From: Spirochaetota bacterium
GTDB taxonomy: Bacteria; Spirochaetota; UBA4802; JAFGDQ01
NCBI GenBank assembly: GCA_043803405.1
Contig: JAZDKB010000048.1
Span: forward strand, 26,635-90,634
Length of the DNA: 64,000 bases
Direction of reading: 5' to 3'
Under the pieces are notes generated by a model, which saw nothing but the letters and a program-made list of their open reading frames with translations, made no database searches and was not told where the DNA came from. This document shows positions 30,093 through 39,655 of this stretch, piece after piece (positions within the stretch are counted from its first letter, which is position 1; each line of letters begins with the position of its first letter). The position numbers and the translations under genes were made by a program.

Positions 30093-30205
30093 TTTTATAA
30101 TAAATAAATAATAAATTCTTTATATATCAGATTAAATTAGATTATCAGGCATGTCAATAATTTTTTTTTGTTCAAAAATAGTATGTGAGGAAATATGTAT
30201 ATAAA

Positions 30206-30270
30206 AAGAGATGTTTTGAAATATTTATCGTAATGCTTCCTATAAGGATTCCTATTCCCAGACATCTCTT
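30206..30270. repeat. Intergenic inverted repeat
   Basis: AAGAGATGT at 30206 pairs with ACATCTCTT at 30262-30270. Confidence 0.55.
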
Positions 30271-30332
30271 CTTTTGAGAAGACAAACATAATTATTATTA
30301 CTAAATTATCGATAATATGTTCCTTTTTCAGC

Positions 30333-30425
30333 ACATAACGGCAGGTAAGCATTGTTCTTTTTGTCTTTAATTCAATTTTCATTACAGCTAGCAACAAGAA
30401 ACTATTTACCTGCGGAGTGTTGTAC
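30333..30425 (+). mobile_element. Solitary attC-like recombination site (degenerate)
   Basis: ACATAAC, then GCAGGTAA...TTACCTGC inverted arms, then GTTGTAC; 93 bp; directly precedes a low-GC ORF. Confidence 0.4.
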
Positions 30426-30462
30426 ACGATCTGATAAGAAATCTTCATTGGATGACTAATTT

Positions 30463-31404
30463 ATGAATAAATTATCTATATTCTTAAGTATTGTAATTTT
30501 TAATTTATTTACCTGGTCAGCATTTGCTGAAAAGATTATAATGCAGAATACTTTATCATACAAAAATACTTCCTCAAGAATTGAAAATAATATAATGAAA
30601 AATAACTCTTTATTAAATAATTCAACTGCAAGTTCAATTGATGAAGAATTTTCTATTTATTTTTGTAATAAAAATACTTATTTTTTTGGTTTTTCAGGAA
30701 TTTATTCATATAATGAAACCTATGTGCGAAATCATGGTTTAGATCTATTTTTTGGTTCTTTTTCCGGAAAAGAGAGAACGCCTTTTATTATAATAGGATT
30801 TGGAGTATATGACACAAAAGATAATGTATTTCAAGAAACTACTAAAGGTAATTCTTCAACTTTTTTTCAAATTGGTTATATGAATGATCTTCATCTTAAA
30901 ATAAAAATATATGGAATTAATTTGTTTGTTATTAATGATGCTGGTGGCGATACAAATCCATCAGGAAATAGTGATGACTCTGCCTTATTTATTGACATAG
31001 CTTTAGGCAAAAGAAGTTTTTGCCCATTATTTTTAAGGTTAAATTTTGATGTTACTAGCAATGAAAAGCATATAATTAATTCCAATAATTATGATGATGA
31101 TTATTATTATTATGACTATGCTACATGTTTACTGCATATTCAATACTATAGTGATAAATATGAAATTTCATTTGGTTGTACACTTCATGAAGAAACATTT
31201 CAATATGGTGTTTATAATAAGAGTTCACATGATTATACTTCTTATTATATCAAGGATAATATGTATTATGGAATAGGTTCAACTTTTAAAATCAACAATA
31301 TATATAAGGATTTGAATTTATTTGGCGAGCTGCATGTTCTTAAAGATTTTGAACACAATAAAATTATCTCCATTACTAAACTGGGAAGTGAATATTTTTT
31401 TTAG
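30463..31404 (+). CDS. Low-GC exported hypothetical protein, possibly a beta-barrel
   Basis: Signal peptide (AFA), ends in YFF; line 30541-30600 has 13/60 G+C. Confidence 0.7.
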   Translation: MNKLSIFLSIVIFNLFTWSAFAEKIIMQNTLSYKNTSSRIENNIMKNNSLLNNSTASSIDEEFSIYFCNKNTYFFGFSGIYSYNETYVRNHGLDLFFGSFSGKERTPFIIIGFGVYDTKDNVFQETTKGNSSTFFQIGYMNDLHLKIKIYGINLFVINDAGGDTNPSGNSDDSALFIDIALGKRSFCPLFLRLNFDVTSNEKHIINSNNYDDDYYYYDYATCLLHIQYYSDKYEISFGCTLHEETFQYGVYNKSSHDYTSYYIKDNMYYGIGSTFKINNIYKDLNLFGELHVLKDFEHNKIISITKLGSEYFF

Positions 31405-31473
31405 TTAACATAGAGAACTGTATTTAACTGAAAAAATTATTTTTCTACAGGTATTCATTTTTAAAGTATTGAA

Positions 31474-32310
31474 TTACTTTGTTTTGGTTAGTTTATAAAT
31501 ACTTCGTGTAATGTTTTTAAATTCTTCTATGCTGAGATCTTCGCCACGAATCTTCTCATTAATATTAAGTTCATTAAAAGTGTTTATAATAATTGCCTTA
31601 TCAACAACTAAATGCGGAGAATCGGTGAGCCCTTTCTTTAGTGTCTTTCTTCTGCCCCAGAACGCGGATTTTACTATAGAATGAAAAAGCCGAAGCTCGT
31701 CATCACTAAGGCCAATATCCTCCCTTCGTTTAAAATAAATGAATGCAGAAGAAACATCGGGCTGCGGATAAAAGGACTTCTTGTCGATGTTGAACAAAAT
31801 TTTTGCCTCATAGTAAAGCCCCAGAGCGACTGTTAAAGCGCCGTAAGTTTTGCTTCCGGGTGCCGATAAAATGCGTTCTGCCATTTCCTTTTGCAGCATT
31901 ACGAATATTTCTTTTATTTTGTATTTTACAGCAAGATGAAATAGCATTTCGGAAGAACAGTAGTACGGCAGGTTCGCTATAGCTTTTGTGAATACTGCGT
32001 TAAGATCGGTTTTCAGAAAGTCGGAATGTAAAATAGTGAGATTATCAACGGCAATAAACCTGAAGTTTAAGTATGAGAACAATCCTGAGTCGATTTCGAC
32101 TGCAGTGACTGAACCAGCCTTCGCCACAAGCATGGCTGTAAGTCCGCCGAGGCCCGGGCCTATTTCGAGAACAGCATCATCTTTATCCACGGCAGAAACT
32201 TCGATAATTTTTTTTATAATGCCGTCATTGCATAAAAAATTCTGTCCTAGTTTTTTATTCGGATAAAGATTATTTTCACGTATTATTTCTATTATGGTTT
32301 TGGTATTCAT
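31474..32310 (-). CDS. rsmA: 16S rRNA adenine dimethyltransferase
   Basis: KKLGQNFL, LEIGPGLG, ANLPYY, MLQKEMAERI and RRKTL. Confidence 0.97.
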   Translation of the reverse strand: MNTKTIIEIIRENNLYPNKKLGQNFLCNDGIIKKIIEVSAVDKDDAVLEIGPGLGGLTAMLVAKAGSVTAVEIDSGLFSYLNFRFIAVDNLTILHSDFLKTDLNAVFTKAIANLPYYCSSEMLFHLAVKYKIKEIFVMLQKEMAERILSAPGSKTYGALTVALGLYYEAKILFNIDKKSFYPQPDVSSAFIYFKRREDIGLSDDELRLFHSIVKSAFWGRRKTLKKGLTDSPHLVVDKAIIINTFNELNINEKIRGEDLSIEEFKNITRSIYKLTKTK

Positions 32311-32439
32311 ATTAACTATTACGGTTGTGTAATAAAATTATTATTAATTAAAAAAGGTATTGATAATTTTTTTGCAACAAGAAAAATAGATATTCAGATT
32401 AAATTGTTTTTTCGCAAATATTTATTAGGAGTATTTTGT

Positions 32440-33777
32440 ATGCCGGAAATGGATAAGGAATATGTTTTAAAAACCGTTAAAGATAAAAATGTTAGATTCA
32501 TTAGATTATGGTTTACGGATGTGCTCGGTTTTCTGAAAAGCTTTTCGATTATGTCCGACGAGCTTGAGGAAGCACTTCACGACGGAATCGGTTTCGACGG
32601 TTCCGCGATCGAAGGTTACGCCAGGGTGCATGAAAGCGATATGATAGCAATGCCCGATCCTAACACGTTTACGCTTCTTCCGTGGCGTTCTACTGATGAT
32701 GGGATGAATGTAGCGCGTATGTTCTGCGACATCCAGAAGCCAAACGGGAAGCCGTTTGAAGGCGATCCTAGATGGGTGCTTAGAACTAATTTAAAAAAAG
32801 CGGCTGATATGGGCTTCACTTTCTATGTAGGGCCGGAGCTAGAGTATTTTTATTTTAAAAGTTCGGATAATCCCCCGCAGGTGCTGGATTCCGGGGGATA
32901 TTTCGATCTTACTCCGCTTGATGTTGCGAGCGATCTGCGCAGGGACACTATTCTCTGTCTGGAGAAAATGGGCATAAGCGTCGAGTACAGCCATCACGAA
33001 GTTGCGCCAAGCCAGCACGAAATTGACCTGCGTTACATGGACGCCCTTACAATGGCAGACGCTGCCATGACTTACCGTCTCACTGTAAAAGAGATTGCGC
33101 TTAAATACGGCATTTACGCTACCTTTATGCCGAAGCCGCTGTTCGGGGAAAACGGCAATGGAATGCATACCCATCTGTCCTTATTTGAAGACGATATAAA
33201 TACGTTTTTTAATCCTAAGGACAAATATCATTTATCAAAAAAAGGAAAATCGTATATTGCAGGTCTCTTAAAGCACGCGCGCGAGATATGCCTTGTTGTT
33301 GCGCAATGGGTAAATTCGTATAAAAGGCTTGTTCCGGGATACGAAGCCCCGGTTTACATTTCGTGGGCACAGACGAACCGCTCCACGCTTGTGCGTGTGC
33401 CAATGTACAAACCGGGAAAAGAAAAAGCCACGCGGGTCGAGTTCCGCTGTCCGGATCCGGCCTGTAATCCGTACCTCGCGTTTTCCGTTATGCTTGCTGC
33501 CGGCCTTAAGGGCATTCAGGAAAATTACGAGCTGCCTGATCCCATAGAGGATGACATATTCGTAATGTCACCGGCGGAGCGCAAAAAAAGAGGCATCATT
33601 TCATTACCGGAGAACCTGGGTGAAGCGATTATGGAAACAGAAAAGAGCACGCTTGTAAGGGAAGCGCTGGGTGATCATGTTTTCGAAAAGTTTATTGAGA
33701 ATAAAAAGCTGGAATGGGCAGACTACATGTCACATGTAAGTCAGTACGAACTTGATAAATATTTGAAGATATTATAA
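32440..33777 (+). CDS. glnA: Glutamine synthetase type I
   Basis: FDGSAI, GPELEYF, HHEVAPSQHE, ATFMPKP, NSYKRLVPGYEAP and EFRCPDP; start chosen at ATG 32440 after AGGAG. Confidence 0.95.
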   Translation: MPEMDKEYVLKTVKDKNVRFIRLWFTDVLGFLKSFSIMSDELEEALHDGIGFDGSAIEGYARVHESDMIAMPDPNTFTLLPWRSTDDGMNVARMFCDIQKPNGKPFEGDPRWVLRTNLKKAADMGFTFYVGPELEYFYFKSSDNPPQVLDSGGYFDLTPLDVASDLRRDTILCLEKMGISVEYSHHEVAPSQHEIDLRYMDALTMADAAMTYRLTVKEIALKYGIYATFMPKPLFGENGNGMHTHLSLFEDDINTFFNPKDKYHLSKKGKSYIAGLLKHAREICLVVAQWVNSYKRLVPGYEAPVYISWAQTNRSTLVRVPMYKPGKEKATRVEFRCPDPACNPYLAFSVMLAAGLKGIQENYELPDPIEDDIFVMSPAERKKRGIISLPENLGEAIMETEKSTLVREALGDHVFEKFIENKKLEWADYMSHVSQYELDKYLKIL

Positions 33778-33803
33778 AGCGAAGTTTGCAGGGAGAAACT
33801 AGA

Positions 33804-33980
33804 ATGGCGATAATTAAATGCGATAAGTGCAGCTTCAGGTCGAAATACGATAATAATCCGAAATCGTTATTAGGCAGGTTATGGCGGTGGCATATCAATT
33901 GGTGCCCGGGCTGGAAGGCATACATGAAAACTTTACCGGATAAAGAGAGAAAGAAGATAGTAAAGAAATATAATTTATAA
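33804..33980 (+). CDS. Small Cys/Trp-rich protein
   Basis: CDKC...LWRWHINWCPGWKAY; GGAG upstream of ATG 33804. Confidence 0.75.
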   Translation: MAIIKCDKCSFRSKYDNNPKSLLGRLWRWHINWCPGWKAYMKTLPDKERKKIVKKYNL

Positions 33981-33981
33981 C

Positions 33982-35130
33982 ATGTCAAAGGTCGCTTTTA
34001 TCCGGTGTGAAAGCTATGAATACGGCGAAGTCCGTAAAGCTGTTCAAAGGGGCATAGATCTTATCGGTGGAGCAGGGAGATTTGTCCGCAAGGGACAGAA
34101 AGTGCTTCTTAAACCGAACCTTCTTGTCGGCGAAGCGCCGGAAAAGTGTGTCACTACTCATCCGTCCGTTTTTAAAGCTGCTGCGGAAATATTTATTGCT
34201 CAAGGAGCACTTATAAGCTGGGGCGATTCACCTGCGATCGGGAACATGCGCGGAGCAGCAAAAAAGAGCGGGATACTGGCTGTGGCAGATGAGCTTGGCA
34301 TTACAGAGGCAGACTTCAAAACAGGTGCTGATGTGTTTTTCGAAAATGGGATTCAGAACAGGAAGTTTGTAATTGCTAAAGCCGTTCTGGAAAGCGACAT
34401 TGTTATCAGCCTTCCGAAGCTCAAGACCCACGCCTTTGAACGATTTACAGGATGCATAAAAAACCAGTTCGGATGCGTGCCAGGAATGCTTAAAGGCGAG
34501 TATCATATTAAACTGCCGGATGCGGACGACTTTGCTAAAATGCTCGTCGATCTGAACAATCTTGTGCATCCTGTCCTGTACATTATGGATGGTGTTTGCG
34601 CTATGGAAGGCAACGGCCCCCGCGGAGGCGTACCCAGGAAAATGAACGTTATTCTAATATCCGACGACCCTGTTGCTGTTGACGCTACAGTATGCAGACT
34701 CATCAACCTTGATCCTGAATATGTTCCAACAATTAAATTCGGATATCAGGCAGGAACAGGCACGTACAAAGATGATGAAATTGAACTCGTTGGAGACGAA
34801 TTCGATAGCTTTAAACAGTACGATTTTAACATAAGCAGGCTGCCTCTTAAGCCTTTTAAGGATAAAGGCCTGCTAAGGTTTATCAGCAACCGCTTTGTGC
34901 CAAGGCCGTATATTATAGAAAGCAAATGCGTAAAATGCGGAGTATGCGTAAACATGTGTCCCACAAATCCAAAGTCCGTTGACTGGGTTAGGGGAGAAAA
35001 AAAAACCCCGCCTGTGCATAATTACAAAACCTGTATACGATGCTTTTGCTGCCAGGAGCTTTGCCCGGAGAGTGCTATTGAGCTAAAGTATCCGTTTTTG
35101 AGAAGACTGTTTGGAAAGAATGCCGGGTGA
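33982..35130 (+). CDS. DUF362-domain protein with C-terminal 2x[4Fe-4S]
   Basis: VLLKPNL, TTHP, PKLKTH, KNQFG, MEGNGP; CVKCGVCVNMCP and CIRCFCCQELCP. Confidence 0.92.
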   Translation: MSKVAFIRCESYEYGEVRKAVQRGIDLIGGAGRFVRKGQKVLLKPNLLVGEAPEKCVTTHPSVFKAAAEIFIAQGALISWGDSPAIGNMRGAAKKSGILAVADELGITEADFKTGADVFFENGIQNRKFVIAKAVLESDIVISLPKLKTHAFERFTGCIKNQFGCVPGMLKGEYHIKLPDADDFAKMLVDLNNLVHPVLYIMDGVCAMEGNGPRGGVPRKMNVILISDDPVAVDATVCRLINLDPEYVPTIKFGYQAGTGTYKDDEIELVGDEFDSFKQYDFNISRLPLKPFKDKGLLRFISNRFVPRPYIIESKCVKCGVCVNMCPTNPKSVDWVRGEKKTPPVHNYKTCIRCFCCQELCPESAIELKYPFLRRLFGKNAG

Positions 35131-35187
35131 GTAAGTTTAGATCATTACATTACCTTATACATTAGTGAATATCAGTGAATTAAAAAA

Positions 35188-35361
35188 GGGGTTGTTTCAA
35201 AAGAATGCCACGGAGACACTGAGACACAGAGATTAATAATTATTTTAAGAAATAGTTTAAAATATTATAAATATATTTTACAATAAAACAACCTTATTCG
35301 AGTAAAAATCCTTTGTGTCTCTGAGCCTCAGTGGTATTCTTTTTATTATGAGATGGCCCCC
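35188..35361. repeat. Palindromic intergenic element with 8-nt repeats (MITE/REP-like)
   Basis: AAAAGAATGCCACGGAGACACTGAGACACAGAG pairs imperfectly with CTTTGTGTCTCTGAGCCTCAGTGGTATTCTTTT; outer ends GGGGTTGTTTCA and TGAGATGGCCCC. Confidence 0.75.
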
Positions 35362-35433
35362 TCTTGGTTAACAAATACAGTTTTACGTGTTTAAATAAGT
35401 TTTCAATCAGCGTGATTTGCTTTCCCCTATAAT

Positions 35434-36105
35434 TTAAAATACGTCTCCGCCGATCCTGAATATAACGCTGACATCAACAAAGGCTTCTTTCATTTTACCG
35501 GTAACATCATAGTCCTGATCAATTGTACCAGATGTGTTTGCCATGGTTGCCCAGCCGCCGTGCCAGCTGTATCTGTAACCTCCATCAATTGCCAGTGTAA
35601 ATACATCGCCCATATTGAAATTAACTCCCGCTATTATTCCTAAGGCAAAGAAAACAGTGCCGAATTCATTTGTATCATTGTAAAGATCATTGTCATATTC
35701 TCCATCAATAAAACCGAATCCGATCTGAGGGCCTAGCCATATCCTAACAGGCTCGCTTCTGAATACACCAAAACCGAAACTGTTGTAGCAGTGATAGTCC
35801 CAGCCTTTTATATCAGAACCGGTATCATTATCAATTTTAATTTTTGAATAACCAATATGAAGACGATAGTTAAACAACCTGTCATAAGCAAGATTTGAAT
35901 CCAGAATAAATCCACCCCCTATTTTCGATACATCGGATTTAACATCGTACTCACCGTAAGGATATTCCTGATCTTCGTACGTCCAGTCTGCGGTTCCTTT
36001 TGCGCCTGTTCCGTAAAGACCAAGGCCGAACGCAAAGAGTGAAGATGAGAACATTAAAACGCTTGCTGCTGCAAAAGCAGTGATAATGAAGTGTCTGATT
36101 TTCAT
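35434..36105 (-). CDS. Outer-membrane beta-barrel protein
   Basis: Signal peptide, alternating aromatic strands, C-terminal Phe. Confidence 0.8.
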   Translation of the reverse strand: MKIRHFIITAFAAASVLMFSSSLFAFGLGLYGTGAKGTADWTYEDQEYPYGEYDVKSDVSKIGGGFILDSNLAYDRLFNYRLHIGYSKIKIDNDTGSDIKGWDYHCYNSFGFGVFRSEPVRIWLGPQIGFGFIDGEYDNDLYNDTNEFGTVFFALGIIAGVNFNMGDVFTLAIDGGYRYSWHGGWATMANTSGTIDQDYDVTGKMKEAFVDVSVIFRIGGDVF

Positions 36106-36334
36106 GCTTTTTTCTCCTTGAAATTATTATTTTTATTTCCCGTAACTGCCAGAGTGTTTTTTTTTGTTTTGTATGGAATGATAATAATTATATCCCGGCA
36201 GATACTTTTTTTCTAATAAAAAATTAATTTAATTTAAATGCAACTAAAAAAAATCTAACAAATTCATTTATAATAATTATATATGTTTCTGTTATTTATT
36301 TATTTTTTTTATTTAACACTTGGGGTTAAACAGC

Positions 36335-36363
36335 TTGACACTTTACAAATACTTATTTAAGAT
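36335..36363 (+). promoter_or_regulatory. Sigma70-type promoter of hicAB
   Basis: TTGACA-N17-TAAGAT, ending 8 nt before the hicA ATG. Confidence 0.7.
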
Positions 36364-36371
36364 TTTATTTT

Positions 36372-36638
36372 ATGAGCAGCTATGCTAAATTATTAGTTAA
36401 AATACTCCAAGGAAGATCGGATGCTAATATTGGATTTACTGATCTGTGTTTTTTATTAAAAAAATTAAAGTTTGATGAACGCATCCGCGGCGATCATCAT
36501 ATTTTTACAAAATTTGATATTGAAGAAATAATTAATCTGCAACCGATAAGTTCAAAAGCCAAACCATATCAGGTTAAACAGGTACGCAGCTTAATAATCC
36601 GCTATGGATTGACACAGGAGGAAAAGGATGAACAATAA
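36372..36638 (+). CDS. hicA: HicA-family toxin
   Basis: RIRGDHHIF, INLQP and AKPYQVKQV. Confidence 0.9.
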   Translation: MSSYAKLLVKILQGRSDANIGFTDLCFLLKKLKFDERIRGDHHIFTKFDIEEIINLQPISSKAKPYQVKQVRSLIIRYGLTQEEKDEQ

Positions 36639-36840
36639 ATATGAAATTATAATCTATTGGAGTAAAGAAGACAACATGTTTATTGCTGAGGTTCCGGAAT
36701 TGCCCGGATGTATGGCTGACGGAAAAACACATAAGGAAGCGCTTGCAAATGTTGAACTTATAATACAGGAATGGATCGATACAGCTAAAGAATTAAAGCG
36801 GTCTATACCTCAGGCTAAAGGCAAATTGATGTATGCTTAA
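36628..36840 (+). CDS. hicB: HicB-family antitoxin (short form, no DNA-binding domain)
   Basis: YEIIIYWSKED, AEVPELPGCMADG and EALAN. Confidence 0.9.
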   Translation: MNNKYEIIIYWSKEDNMFIAEVPELPGCMADGKTHKEALANVELIIQEWIDTAKELKRSIPQAKGKLMYA

Positions 36841-37006
36841 CAGATAATTGCTCTATCCTCTTTACGCCCCTGTTAAAAAAATTAAAATCCGAAAGCAGAT
36901 TAATAAGAACCCATCTTAAAAAATTTTGTAATGAATTTTATCTTATCAGTAAACAAAATCTATTTTTAAGTTAATTTGTAACTAATTTTCGAATGGAGAA
37001 CACAAA

Positions 37007-37579
37007 ATGAAAAGAATATTAGCCGTCTTTATTCTGTCCATGCTTGCGTTGCTGGCTGGGCTGGCAGCGTGCGGCAGTTCATCGAACATGAAAGAAAGCA
37101 GCCGCAAGCCTAATTTTAATCCGGGAAAGAACAGCGCTACGCTGGTCATCATCAGGGCGCGTCCTTTCCCGATCGTCGGGCCGATCTCCAATTATCTCGA
37201 CAACAGATTTATCGGCGAGACGACAACAAAGACATATTTTTCTACTTTAGTGAAACCTGGATTGCGCTACGTAATTGCCGATGCGGAAAACCTAACAGTT
37301 ATACGGATGAATTTCAGGGCAGGAAGAATATATTATCTTTACCAGGATATATCATCGGGAGCGTGGGATAAGAACAGCGCTTTATCCGTGCTGACCCGGA
37401 CAGAAGCGCTGAAGCAGATGAACGGGTGCGAATACATACAGTACGACAACAAAAAGCCTGGAGCAAATCTTGATGCTGCAAGGTACGCGCAGAGTGTAAA
37501 GGAGTATCACGTAAAGGCAAAGAAGAACCCGGACGACTACAAGCCATATCTTAACTATGCAGGGTATGCTCCGAAGTAG
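37007..37579 (+). CDS. Hypothetical lipoprotein (DUF2846-like)
   Basis: Lipobox LAAC; ATLVIIR...YLDNRFIG...VKPG...AGRIYY pattern. Confidence 0.75.
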   Translation: MKRILAVFILSMLALLAGLAACGSSSNMKESSRKPNFNPGKNSATLVIIRARPFPIVGPISNYLDNRFIGETTTKTYFSTLVKPGLRYVIADAENLTVIRMNFRAGRIYYLYQDISSGAWDKNSALSVLTRTEALKQMNGCEYIQYDNKKPGANLDAARYAQSVKEYHVKAKKNPDDYKPYLNYAGYAPK

Positions 37580-37874
37580 AATTAAACAGAAGCAGGAAGG
37601 TTGCTATATTCCATATTCTTTTTGCAGTGGATGAAAAGGGGGCAGGGTATTTCAATGTTATATTCTGCAGCCTGCCAATCCCGCTGTTATTTAATTCACG
37701 TATTTATCAGCGCAATATTATAGCCTCATATTACCATATCACGACAGATTATTAATCACACCCTTAATCAAATACTGAGTATTAATATATAATAACCGAA
37801 TAATTCGCAATATTTTATAAACTCGACAATAAAATTCCATTATATGGGGCTTTCAGTCTCAAAAAATTAAAAAA

Positions 37875-37961
37875 TCATACTTTAGTATGAGAAAAAATAA
37901 CAGAAAATTCATGTTTTTCATACTTCCGGCTGATGACGGGACTTGAAGAAATTTATAAATT
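37875..37961 (+). promoter_or_regulatory. Activator-type promoter, copy 1: two NarL/LuxR-like boxes plus -35/-10
   Basis: TCATACT-TT-AGTATGA (37875-37890), TCATACTTCCGGCTGA (37918-37933), ATGACG-N17-TAAATT. Confidence 0.85.
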
Positions 37962-38048
37962 ACAGGAGAATATATGGTTTATATTTCTGACCACGGTTTG
38001 GTTCTGAGATATAGAATAGCCCAAATTTTTAAAATAAGGGGATTTGCT

Positions 38049-39560
38049 ATGAAAAAAATAATTCATTTTCTATTAAGCCCATTGTTATTTCTGGTAACAA
38101 TGCTGATCTTTTCATGCGGCGGAAGCAGTAGCGATAGCGACGGAGATACAAATACTGGCGGAAATAACGGAAGCACAAATATCGCTGTTACCGGAATATC
38201 ACTAAAATCCAGCACTTCGATTTTAGTGGGAAACACCGAACAGCTTTATGCAACAATATCGCCATCTAACGCGACAAATCAGAACGTGACATGGTCAACA
38301 TCCGATGCGGGGAAAGCAACAGTATCGTCAGGTCTGGTTAAAGGTGAAGCAGCCGGAACAGCTGTTATTACAGTGAGAACTGAAGACGGCGGATATTCTG
38401 CAGCCTGCACGGTAAACGTATCCGCAGTTGAGATCCATGTAACAGGCATTAGCTTGAACAAATCGTCAATAAGTCTTGATCCAGGTGCTTCCGAACAGCT
38501 CAATGCCATTATTGAACCTGCAGATGCAACAAATCAGAATGTAATATGGACGACGGCTAATTCAGCAAGGACAATTGTGTCTGTAAACGGATTGGTAACT
38601 GCGATTGGTTTAGTAAGCGGATCATCCGGCGCTGTTACAGTGACTTCAGAAGACGGCGGTTATAGCGCGACATGCAATGTTTCAGTAAATTGGGCGCCTG
38701 TCTATAGCGCTGATGGTGTTTCTTTTACAATGGCATATGTCCCCGGCGGAATAACATTCCCGCATGACAGCAATGATGCAAGCACTGCAACAGTAGCAAA
38801 CGGCTATTGGATAGGTGAAACGGAAGTAACTTACGAGCTTTGGAACACGGTTTATACATGGGCTACTGACGCCGCAAGAGGAGCTAACAAGTACTATTTT
38901 GCGAATCCGGGACGTCAGGGTGGAGACACGAATACCGGTAATACAGCGGTTGGGACAAACAAGCATCCTGTGACAACTATTAATTGGCGCGATGCAATAG
39001 TGTGGTGCAATGCGGCAACTGAATGGTATAACGCAAAGAATAGTACAAGTTATACCTGCGTATACACCTATTCATTTTCTATTATACGGGATTCACGGGA
39101 TACTAATCAAATAGCATGCGACGGGGCAGCTATGGGTTCATTGGCTACCGGGTTCCGGTTGTTAATGAGAAATGAGTGGGAGCTGGCGGCAAGATGGAGA
39201 AATAATGATACCAATACTTTTGCAGGCTACAGCAGTCCATGGTTTACCACAGGCAATTCCGCCAGCGGCGCGACTGCAAACTACCTCGATGCAGCCGCAA
39301 ATCAGGAAGTTGCATGGTATGCTGTTAATTCAGAGGACTTAACCCATATTATAAAAACAAGAACCGGAAATACATTGGGACTGTACGATATGTCTGGGAA
39401 TGTAGCAGAATGGGGCTTTAATTTATTCGGTTCCAGCCGCATGTTTTTCGGCGGAGCATGGAACTGGGCTGCAAGTACTTTGATGATTGGCACTTACGGC
39501 AGCTATAGCACGACTGATAAGGCCGGAAATCTGGGTTTCCGTATTAGCAGGAGTGATTAG
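38049..39560 (+). CDS. Lipoprotein with two Ig-like (Big_2) domains and a C-terminal FGE-sulfatase/C-type-lectin-fold domain
   Basis: Start chosen at ATG 38049; lipobox IFSC; two ATNQNVxW...EDGGY domains; IGETEVTY, EWELAAR, GLYDMSGNVAEW and GFR. Confidence 0.88.
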   Translation: MKKIIHFLLSPLLFLVTMLIFSCGGSSSDSDGDTNTGGNNGSTNIAVTGISLKSSTSILVGNTEQLYATISPSNATNQNVTWSTSDAGKATVSSGLVKGEAAGTAVITVRTEDGGYSAACTVNVSAVEIHVTGISLNKSSISLDPGASEQLNAIIEPADATNQNVIWTTANSARTIVSVNGLVTAIGLVSGSSGAVTVTSEDGGYSATCNVSVNWAPVYSADGVSFTMAYVPGGITFPHDSNDASTATVANGYWIGETEVTYELWNTVYTWATDAARGANKYYFANPGRQGGDTNTGNTAVGTNKHPVTTINWRDAIVWCNAATEWYNAKNSTSYTCVYTYSFSIIRDSRDTNQIACDGAAMGSLATGFRLLMRNEWELAARWRNNDTNTFAGYSSPWFTTGNSASGATANYLDAAANQEVAWYAVNSEDLTHIIKTRTGNTLGLYDMSGNVAEWGFNLFGSSRMFFGGAWNWAASTLMIGTYGSYSTTDKAGNLGFRISRSD

Positions 39561-39655
39561 CAGCTTATTATAAATATTCAGAAAAAGGAATAATTTTAAA
39601 TAAATATAAGTTAGTTTTCATTAGCTTTAACATTCTTATTTTAGGAGCAATTAAA

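Noticed and set aside
30137..30448. 103-aa minus-strand ORF upstream of yggS
   Set aside because: No recognisable motifs; it overlaps two hairpin elements and the likely promoter region
36834..36877. GCTTAAC...GTTAAAA after hicB as an attC site
   Set aside because: Only about 44 bp, shorter than known attC sites, and no internal L-box pairing
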